A stretch of DNA of 47,567 nt from Eubacteriales bacterium (lineage in GTDB: Bacteria > Bacillota > Clostridia > Oscillospirales > CAG-272). Position 1 is the stretch's first letter; each line of letters opens with the position of its first letter. The notes beneath the pieces were generated by a model. The model ran no database searches and was not told the DNA's origin. It saw only the letters and a program-made list of their open reading frames with translations. Below are positions 18,661 through 25,903 of this stretch, piece after piece. The position numbers and the translations under genes were made by a program. The stretch is taken from NCBI GenBank assembly GCA_045638405.1, contig JAZUBG010000074.1, positions 1-47,567 on the forward strand. The letters are read 5' to 3'.

Positions 18661-18783
18661 AATACACCTCAAAATAATTACAAAGATTACATTAAATATA
18701 TATTCACTGAATAATCAAAAATACCAATTAAGTAGATCAATGTAAAAAAACAATATTTTTTTGCAAATATAACGTTATTTTTA

Positions 18784-18812
18784 TTGACATTGGTGCGGAA
18801 AAGATGTATTAT
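18784..18812 (+). promoter_or_regulatory. SigmaA-type promoter for the ABC/DUF1854/ABC operon
   Basis: TTGACA (18784-18789), 17 nt, TATTAT (18807-18812). Confidence 0.6.
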
Positions 18813-18887
18813 TATACTGATTTTATTAAAAGGTATTTTAAGTAACAATTCTAATCAAAGGATTACGAACGGGAGACATTACATTAT

Positions 18888-21305
18888 ATGCCAAAACACA
18901 AAAACGATATGCACGAAACGGATATTCACGAACATCACGAACACAAGCCTATAATTCCCGACTCTCTGAGCGGGGCTCTTAAACTTCACAATATAATAAA
19001 AGACGACATCGAGTTTTTTGCTACCACTGACATTTCACCTGAAAGAATCAGATGTGATTCTTTTGTGATTACAACAAAAGATTCGATTTTTATTCTTTCC
19101 GGCACTCTCGGACTTGACAAATCCTCAAAATTATACTTCCTTCGCCGCAAAAAATTAAAGGAAGTTTTCTTGGAAAACAGCTTCACTGAATTTAAGAGGG
19201 CTGATTACGTTAAATTCTCATTTGAGGAACAAATTTCAAGTGCAGACCTTACCGCAACTGATGAGAATGATGTTACTACAGTAATTGCTTCTGCTACAAA
19301 TTCTCTTAAAGAACAGCTGAGAATGATGTGTGATCACCTGACACCTCACGAAGAGGCCGAAGGTGAAGAGTCTCCTCATGGTATGCCTCCTCACCATGGG
19401 AAGCGTCCTCCTTTCGGTCCCGGCGGTCCTCACGGTGGCCCTCATGGAGGCAGAGAGAAAATGTCACCGAAAGGACCCCTTTACTGTCCCAAATGTGGCA
19501 AAAAATTCTCTGATCCCAGACGCAGAGTATGCCTCCACTGTATGGAAAAAGGTAAGATCATTAAGCGTATCTTCAGCTTTATTATAAAATACAAATTCCA
19601 GGTTATAACGACGATCGTTATTCTGGTCGCAACCGGTGCGCTCGGTATTATCACACCGTACATCAGTTCAGGATTCTATTACGATGAAGTGCTTAATAAA
19701 GCAGGTAAATTCTACGGTGAGATCATCATGGTTCTCTCACTTATCATAGGTACTAAGATCCTCAACACGTTTGTTACGATTATAAACAACCTTATCAACG
19801 CAAGGATCGCAGCAAATCTTCAGAATGATCTAAAAAACGTGATTTTTTCATCAATCGAGCGTCTTTCTCTCAGATACTTCACTGACAAACAAACCGGCGC
19901 TCTTATGACTCAGGTCAATAACGATGCCAGAACTATCTACTGGTTCTTTACAGGAGGTATACCCTATTACCTCGTAAACATCGTACAGATCATCTGCGTT
20001 GTTATTATCATGTTTATCATGAAGCCTGATCTTACCATCCTCTATCTTCTTATGGTTCCCCTTATCTTTGTCATGACCAAGAAGATGTTCACATCAATGG
20101 GTAAGTTCCACGGTATGAGATTCGTTTCATCCCGTAAGCTTAACGCACTTATCAGTGACACATTCTCCGGAATGAGAGTTGTAAAGGCTTTCTCTAAGGA
20201 AAAGGACGGTTCAAAACGTTTCAAGGTCGTAAACGACAAAGCGGCTGTCGCTGACAGAATCGCGTCGAGATACAGTACTATACGTTTCCCAATCACAAGT
20301 ATTCTCATGCTTATCAGCAACTCTCTCATCCTCGGAGTAGGCGGATGGATGGTAATGCAGGGCAAGTTCAGCTACGGTGAGCTTCTTACGTTCACAGCTT
20401 ACACCGGAATGATCTACAGTCCCATGGAATCCTTCGTACATATGACGTATGAGGCTACGGATAGCCTTAATGCTATGAGCCGACTTGTTGAAGTTATGGA
20501 TGCAGAGTCCGACATTCTCGAAGCTGAAGCGCCTGTGAAAAAGGACGTGCTTGACGGTGAAGTTGAATTTTCACACGTTGATTTCGGATATGATAAATCG
20601 AGAACTATCCTCCATGACATCGACTTCAAGATAGAAAAAGGAACGATTCTCGGCGTTGTTGGACACACCGGTGCAGGTAAGTCCACTCTTGCAAACCTTC
20701 TTCTCAGAATGTATGACCCTGACAAGGGTGAGATCAAAGTAGACGGAATTTCCCTCCGCGACATCGATACCGCAAGTCTCAGAAACAACATAGCTATCGT
20801 ATCTCAGGAAACCTACCTCTTTGTAGGTACTATCCTTGACAACATCAAGTACGCAAATCCCAACGCTTCTTACGAAGAAATAATCAGAGCGGCAAAGATT
20901 TCCGGTGCTCACGATTTCATCATCAAGCTTCCAGATGGTTATGCAACAAAGATCGGCTTCGGTCAAAGAGAACTTTCCGGTGGCGAACGTCAGAGACTTT
21001 CAATCGCAAGAGCTTTGCTCAGAGATCCTGCAATTCTGATCCTTGACGAGGCTACTGCCGCGATGGATACTCAGACCGAAAGAAAGATCCAGACAGCTCT
21101 TGAGATTCTGATCCAGGGTAAGACAACCATCATGATCGCCCACCGTCTCTCTACCCTCAGAATGGCTGATTCTCTAATCGTTCTCAAAGACGGTAAGATC
21201 TGCGAAAGCGGTAGTCACGATGAACTTATCAGAGCAAAGGGCGAATACTATAAGCTTTACACACTTCAGCTTGCAGCGCTTAAAAATGTAGGCGTAGAAG
21301 GCTGA
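18888..21305 (+). CDS. ABC exporter half-transporter (TMD-NBD) with a ~230-aa N-terminal cytosolic extension: His-rich tracts, a beta-rich segment and a Cys4 zinc ribbon
   Basis: C-terminal 570 aa: 6-TM exporter domain plus NBD (GHTGAGKST, LSGGERQR, ILILDEATAAMD, IAHRLST). N-terminus: HETDIHEHHEHK, DSIFILSG, HGMPPHHGKRPPFGPGGPHGGPHGG, CPKCGKKFSDPRRRVCLHC. Confidence 0.85.
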   Translation: MPKHKNDMHETDIHEHHEHKPIIPDSLSGALKLHNIIKDDIEFFATTDISPERIRCDSFVITTKDSIFILSGTLGLDKSSKLYFLRRKKLKEVFLENSFTEFKRADYVKFSFEEQISSADLTATDENDVTTVIASATNSLKEQLRMMCDHLTPHEEAEGEESPHGMPPHHGKRPPFGPGGPHGGPHGGREKMSPKGPLYCPKCGKKFSDPRRRVCLHCMEKGKIIKRIFSFIIKYKFQVITTIVILVATGALGIITPYISSGFYYDEVLNKAGKFYGEIIMVLSLIIGTKILNTFVTIINNLINARIAANLQNDLKNVIFSSIERLSLRYFTDKQTGALMTQVNNDARTIYWFFTGGIPYYLVNIVQIICVVIIMFIMKPDLTILYLLMVPLIFVMTKKMFTSMGKFHGMRFVSSRKLNALISDTFSGMRVVKAFSKEKDGSKRFKVVNDKAAVADRIASRYSTIRFPITSILMLISNSLILGVGGWMVMQGKFSYGELLTFTAYTGMIYSPMESFVHMTYEATDSLNAMSRLVEVMDAESDILEAEAPVKKDVLDGEVEFSHVDFGYDKSRTILHDIDFKIEKGTILGVVGHTGAGKSTLANLLLRMYDPDKGEIKVDGISLRDIDTASLRNNIAIVSQETYLFVGTILDNIKYANPNASYEEIIRAAKISGAHDFIIKLPDGYATKIGFGQRELSGGERQRLSIARALLRDPAILILDEATAAMDTQTERKIQTALEILIQGKTTIMIAHRLSTLRMADSLIVLKDGKICESGSHDELIRAKGEYYKLYTLQLAALKNVGVEG

Positions 21306-21344
21306 CACGTCAGCATTTAACCAACTAATTTTTTGGAGAAAACA

Positions 21345-21875
21345 ATGGATATAACAAGAGAAAAAGAACTACTTGAAGCAGCAGGCATCGTTTATCTGAC
21401 GTCTGAAAATTGTAAATTCGAGAAAAAAGGTGACTTTGTCAGCCTTACTTTGTTCGGAAATGAAGAAGAAAAAAACTACTCACGCGTCAATCTCCACCGT
21501 TTATTCCCGTTTGATAAACCTTACAATTATATTTCCGTTCTCGACAGCGATTCCGTGGAGATCGGTATTGTCTCTGACTTGGAAATTTTCGAAGAAGATA
21601 CCCGCGAGCTCTTAAAGCACGAGCTTGACAGAAAGTATTACGTTTGTGAGCTTACGTCAGTTACATCCGTAAGAGACCGTTTCGGTTTTTCATACTGGAA
21701 AAACCAGAGCAACGGTGGAGAGGTTGTTTTCACGATCAGAGATACTCACAACAGCCTTAGAGAGAATATTGACGGTAAAATATCAATTACAGATATCGAC
21801 GGAAACAGATATACTCTTCCTCCGCTTGAAAAACTGGATAAAAAAAGCCGCCGACTTGTAGAACTCTATCTGTAA
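21345..21875 (+). CDS. DUF1854-family protein (ABC-transporter-associated, function unknown)
   Basis: LHRLFPFD...SVEIGIV...ELDRKYY...FGFSYW...ITDIDGNRYTLPPLEKLDKKSRRL matches my recollection of the Pfam DUF1854 pattern. GGAG SD sits 6 nt before the ATG at 21345; the track start at 21333 is a TTG. Confidence 0.7.
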   Translation: MDITREKELLEAAGIVYLTSENCKFEKKGDFVSLTLFGNEEEKNYSRVNLHRLFPFDKPYNYISVLDSDSVEIGIVSDLEIFEEDTRELLKHELDRKYYVCELTSVTSVRDRFGFSYWKNQSNGGEVVFTIRDTHNSLRENIDGKISITDIDGNRYTLPPLEKLDKKSRRLVELYL

Positions 21876-21892
21876 AACGAGGTAAACAGATA

Positions 21893-24112
21893 ATGTACAA
21901 TATAAATGACCTTGTATCCGTTGCGATCAAAGCGAACGTTTGCACGGATCCAAAAGATCTGCGGATAATTTTTCCGTATGATCTTCACTCTGATGACAGT
22001 ATTAAGTCAGACGGTGGTATTGTAGCGGCAACAAACGACACAATATTTGTTTTAAGTGGCGACAAAGTCAAGAAAACTATTGTTAACTGTGAAGTTGAAA
22101 GCATTGCAATAACAAACGGTGTTGGCTGTATCTTCATTGAAGCTAAGATGAAGGACGGTTCCGAACAGGTAATATGCCGCGGAAGCGGTTCCAGCGTTAA
22201 GCTTTTCAAGGAAGCCGGAAGCGATCTCATCCGACTCGTTGACGGTAAATTCAATGGTGAGATAAAGGAATACGCAAGCGGAAACGCCTGTCCCAAATGC
22301 GGACGTCCTCTCCTCCCAGGAAGTTCTACTTGTATGCGCTGCACAGGAAAAAGCGCGTACGTTAAAAGACTTCTCAAGATTGCCTATCCCTGGAGATGGC
22401 TGATTATACTTTCGGTACTGCTTTATTTTGTAACGGCTGTTATTGGTCTTGTTCCTCCTATCCTCAATCAAAAGTTGGTAGACGACTTTATTCAGCCTAA
22501 CGTAAAGCTGACACTCACAACGTCTGTTCTTATAGGTTTTGTAGGTGTCATTGTTTCAATGCTCATCGTTAACCTGATAAACAGAGGAATTTCAGTTATT
22601 CGTTCTCTTCTTATGATCGATGCTGGAGCGGGTATTATTACAAAGCTGAGACAGATGACCTTCGATAAGATTCAGTCGCTGTCCATAGGAAGAATCAATG
22701 CGCGTACTTCGGGAGAACTTATAAACCGAGTTTATTCAGATACTCAGACGGTAAAAAACTTCCTTGTAAACCAGATCGGTGAGATGATACAGATGGTGGT
22801 TACTCTGATCACCGTCGGAGCTATCCTCTTCGTTTACAACTGGAAACTTGCGCTCCTCGTTCTCTGCCCTATGCCGGTGATCGTTGTAGCAAACCGCTAC
22901 ATAATGCAGAATCTACATAAGTATTTCAAGCTTTCATGGGTAACCTCATCGAAAGCAAGCTCCATACTCCACGATACATTCTCGGGAATCCGAGTCGTAA
23001 AGTCTTTCGGTATGGAGAATAAGGAGATTAACCGATACAAAGAGATCACCGAAAAAGAACGCGAGGTATCCATAAGAAGCGAAAGCTTCGCGGGAAGCAT
23101 CATGCCGATCATCAGCTTCTTCCTCGGAATTGGTGAGTTCTTCATCATGTTCTACGTTGGTAACAAGATCATTGGCGGCGAGATGACTCTTGGTGAAATG
23201 TCTAAGTTCTCGGCATACGTAGGACTTATCTACGGTCCTCTCAGATGGATCTCACGTCTTCCAAATATCATTTCACGTACCGGTACTTCCCTTGTAAAGA
23301 TTTTTGACATTCTCGACGAAGAAAATGAAGTTGAAGACAAGCCCGACTGTGTGAATATCGACATTCACGGCGAAATAACATTTGACGATCTCAGCTTCTC
23401 ATACGACGAAACAAATCCGGTACTTAAGAATCTTTCTCTTACCATAAATCAAGGTGAGATGATAGGAATCGTAGGCCGTTCGGGAGTAGGTAAATCAACC
23501 CTCATAAATCTGGTTATGAGAATGTATGACCCGACTTTCGGTGCAGTTAAAATTGATGGAGTTGATCTACGTGATATATCTCAGGATTCCCTTCGCAGTC
23601 AGATCGGTGTAGTACTTCAGGAGACCTATCTGTTCTCAGGTACCATCTACGATAATATCAGCTACGCTAAAACGGGAGCTACAAGAGAAGAAGTAATTGC
23701 TGCGGCAAAGCTTGCAGGAGCTCACAAATTCATCGTAAAGTTACCTGACGGATATAATACACGTGTAGGAGAGAGAGGTAATACCCTATCCGGAGGCGAA
23801 AGACAGCGAGTTTCCATCGCAAGAGCACTTCTCCGCAATCCTAAGATACTTATTCTTGACGAAGCAACGTCAGCTCTTGATACGGAAACCGAAAAAGAGG
23901 TTCAGGACGTGCTCTATAAGCTGACTCGCGGCAGAACGACTCTGGCAATCGCACACAGACTATCAACGCTCAGAAACGCTGATAAAATCCTTGTGCTTGA
24001 CAAGGGACGTCTTGCAGAATTCGGTCCTCACGACGAGCTTATGGCTCAGAAAGGTATCTATTACGAGCTTGTAATGGCTCAGAGACAGATGTCAAAGATG
24101 TCAAGAAAATAA
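21893..24112 (+). CDS. ABC exporter half-transporter (TMD-NBD) with a ~155-aa N-terminal cytosolic extension: a beta-rich segment and a Cys4 zinc ribbon
   Basis: NBD motifs GRSGVGKST, LSGGERQR, ILILDEATSALD, IAHRLST. N-terminus: LRIIFPYD, DTIFVLSGD, CPKCGRPLLPGSSTCMRC, directly before TM1. Confidence 0.85.
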   Translation: MYNINDLVSVAIKANVCTDPKDLRIIFPYDLHSDDSIKSDGGIVAATNDTIFVLSGDKVKKTIVNCEVESIAITNGVGCIFIEAKMKDGSEQVICRGSGSSVKLFKEAGSDLIRLVDGKFNGEIKEYASGNACPKCGRPLLPGSSTCMRCTGKSAYVKRLLKIAYPWRWLIILSVLLYFVTAVIGLVPPILNQKLVDDFIQPNVKLTLTTSVLIGFVGVIVSMLIVNLINRGISVIRSLLMIDAGAGIITKLRQMTFDKIQSLSIGRINARTSGELINRVYSDTQTVKNFLVNQIGEMIQMVVTLITVGAILFVYNWKLALLVLCPMPVIVVANRYIMQNLHKYFKLSWVTSSKASSILHDTFSGIRVVKSFGMENKEINRYKEITEKEREVSIRSESFAGSIMPIISFFLGIGEFFIMFYVGNKIIGGEMTLGEMSKFSAYVGLIYGPLRWISRLPNIISRTGTSLVKIFDILDEENEVEDKPDCVNIDIHGEITFDDLSFSYDETNPVLKNLSLTINQGEMIGIVGRSGVGKSTLINLVMRMYDPTFGAVKIDGVDLRDISQDSLRSQIGVVLQETYLFSGTIYDNISYAKTGATREEVIAAAKLAGAHKFIVKLPDGYNTRVGERGNTLSGGERQRVSIARALLRNPKILILDEATSALDTETEKEVQDVLYKLTRGRTTLAIAHRLSTLRNADKILVLDKGRLAEFGPHDELMAQKGIYYELVMAQRQMSKMSRK

Positions 24113-24128
24113 TATTTAGACAAATGTA

Positions 24129-24172
24129 TTTCCCGGTAAAACGGTAGATATGACTGCTGTTTTATCGGGAAA
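24129..24172 (+). terminator. Long hairpin after the operon (terminator-like, weak U tract)
   Basis: TTTCCCGGTAAAAC / GTTTTATCGGGAAA 14-bp stem (one G-U) with a 16-nt loop. Confidence 0.5.
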
Positions 24173-24211
24173 GTATTTAGTGATATATTTTATTAAAATG
24201 CAAAAGAACAC

Positions 24212-24240
24212 TTGACAAAACAGTTTTTTTATAGTAGAAT
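24212..24240 (+). promoter_or_regulatory. SigmaA-type promoter of tRNA-Thr
   Basis: TTGACA, 17 nt, TAGAAT, ending 10 nt before the tRNA 5' end. Confidence 0.7.
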
Positions 24241-24250
24241 ACAAGGGTAC

Positions 24251-24322
24251 GCTGGAGTGGCGCAGTGGTAGCGCAATTGATTCGTAATCAATAGGCCGTG
24301 GGTTCAAATCCCATCTCCAGCT
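24251..24322 (+). tRNA. tRNA-Thr (anticodon CGT), no encoded CCA
   Basis: Cloverleaf folded by hand: acceptor GCTGGAG/CTCCAGC, D stem GCGC/GCGC, anticodon stem ATTGA/TCAAT with loop TTCGTAA, T arm GTGGG-TTCAAAT-CCCAT. G1-C72 and C2-G71 fit Thr identity. Confidence 0.9.
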
Positions 24323-24323
24323 G

Positions 24324-24352
24324 AAAAAGCACCGTTTTGGCGGTGCTTTTTC
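24324..24352 (+). terminator. Intrinsic terminator after tRNA-Thr
   Basis: AAAAGCACCG / CGGTGCTTTT stem followed by TCATTTTTT. Confidence 0.8.
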
Positions 24353-24686
24353 ATTTTTTAGAGTAGGTATATACTCTCACTTTAGTTAATCATAAAAAAT
24401 GAAGGCATCCCCTACTCACGGACCATCCACAAAGGAGCCGGTTAAAAGTGCGGGGAATGCCTTTCTAAGTATATGTAAGAAGATGTCAATAGGAAATAAC
24501 CCCTTACATCTGTACCTGACTGAGAGACTATCGAGAGCGCCTGAAACTAAAGATACAGGTGCGATATTCAGTATTCCCTGTCCTTCAACTCTAAGTCAAC
24601 TTTTCAGTAAACCCAAATAACTTATCAATTTGTTAATTATGTCATCATAAACACTTATTTTTCACAAACTTTGTGTTTTTTGATAA

Positions 24687-24715
24687 TTGAAACCGACTCA
24701 CTTTTATGGTAAAAT
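24687..24715 (+). promoter_or_regulatory. Candidate extended -10 promoter for the permease gene
   Basis: TTGAAA, 17-nt spacer ending in TGg, TAAAAT. Confidence 0.55.
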
Positions 24716-24751
24716 TTTGATGTTTTGTGAGTTTGAAAAGGAGTACTGAAA

Positions 24752-25864
24752 ATGAACACTGTTTTAGGCTTTGTAAAGAAAAACACAGTAATGGTCATCG
24801 CATTTTTCGCCGCGCTTTTCACGTCATTTATCGTCAGACCTGACAAGAAGTATCTCGGATATTTTGACTTCCGTACACTTACCTGTCTTTTCTGCGTTCT
24901 TGCCATCGTATGTGCACTGAAAAATATCAGCTTCTTTTATATGCTTGCACACAAGATCGTCAAGAAGTTCAAAACTGTCAGAATGTGTGTGCTTGCGCTG
25001 GTTTACATTACCTTCATCGGCTCGATGCTTATTGCCAACGACATGGCACTGCTCACTTTCCTTCCCCTAGGCTATTTCGTTCTCGATGCATCGGGAATGA
25101 AGCGTCACATGGCATTTACTTTTATTCTGCAGAACATCGCGGCCAATCTCGGAGGGATGCTCACTCCTTTCGGTAATCCTCAGAATCTCTACCTATATTC
25201 CAAGTTTGAGATTCCCACAGGCGAGTTTATGTCAATTATGGCTCCGCCTTTCGTGATTTCCGTTATAATCATTACCGCTTGCTGTCTCTTTATTCCCAAC
25301 GATAAGATTGATGTTCCCGAAGAAGAACTTCACGTTCAGCCTAAACGTACTGCGATCTATCTCGTGCTTTTCGCACTTTCTATCGCAATCGTTTTCCGCG
25401 GCATTCCCTACGTGCTCGGACTTGTAATCATTCCCGCGGCACTTATGATCCTCGACAGACGTGCGCTTAAGATGGTCGACTATCCCTTGCTTCTCACATT
25501 CGTATTCTTCTTCGTGTTCGCAGGTAACATGGCGCGTATCGATATAGTCAGAGAGTTCTTCTCTTTCCTCCTCGACAAAAGCACGCTTCTCTTCAGTATT
25601 ATATCGTGTCAGTTTATCAGCAACGTGCCCTCTGCGATACTTCTCTCGCAGTTCACAAACAACTACGCCGACCTTCTCCTCGGTGTTAATATCGGAGGCG
25701 TGGGAACACTTATCGCGTCTTTAGCGAGCCTTATAACACTCAGAGAGTATTCTGCGCACAATCCCGGCAGAACACTTAAATATATCGGTCAGTTCTCTGC
25801 TGTAAATTTCGCATTTCTTGCGTTCTTAACATTCTCAATGACCATTTTAAAATTTATTGTATAA
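24752..25864 (+). CDS. Ion-transporter superfamily permease (ArsB/NhaD / citrate-transporter-like anion permease)
   Basis: Polytopic 370-aa protein with the NLGGMLTPFGNPQNLYLY motif typical of ArsB/NhaD-like permeases. AAGGAG SD. Confidence 0.65.
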   Translation: MNTVLGFVKKNTVMVIAFFAALFTSFIVRPDKKYLGYFDFRTLTCLFCVLAIVCALKNISFFYMLAHKIVKKFKTVRMCVLALVYITFIGSMLIANDMALLTFLPLGYFVLDASGMKRHMAFTFILQNIAANLGGMLTPFGNPQNLYLYSKFEIPTGEFMSIMAPPFVISVIIITACCLFIPNDKIDVPEEELHVQPKRTAIYLVLFALSIAIVFRGIPYVLGLVIIPAALMILDRRALKMVDYPLLLTFVFFFVFAGNMARIDIVREFFSFLLDKSTLLFSIISCQFISNVPSAILLSQFTNNYADLLLGVNIGGVGTLIASLASLITLREYSAHNPGRTLKYIGQFSAVNFAFLAFLTFSMTILKFIV

Positions 25865-25903
25865 AAATAATTACCGCCTTGATGAAGGCGGTAATTGTTT
25901 TTT
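25865..25903. terminator. Bidirectional terminator shared by the convergent permease and sigma-factor genes
   Basis: AATTACCGCC / GGCGGTAATT stem with T-runs after the stem on both strands. Confidence 0.8.

Noticed and set aside
24116-24307. 63-aa minus-strand ORF.
   Set aside because: It overlaps the tRNA-Thr gene and its promoter on the opposite strand, so it is spurious.
24505-24585. CTGAGA and CCTGA strings reminiscent of a TPP riboswitch.
   Set aside because: The order, spacing and remaining conserved blocks (GGGG-GC, ACCC, GCG-AGGGA) are absent, so this is not a THI element.
24399-24620. 73-aa ORF in the tRNA-permease intergenic region.
   Set aside because: It has no SD before the ATG, a Ser/Pro/Lys-rich composition without a hydrophobic core, and it overlaps predicted RNA stems. 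I treat it as non-coding (see the finding on 24353-24686).
24251-25900. tRNA-Thr as a possible genomic-island integration site.
   Set aside because: I found no direct repeat of the tRNA 3' end downstream, no integrase gene, and ordinary genes on both flanks.
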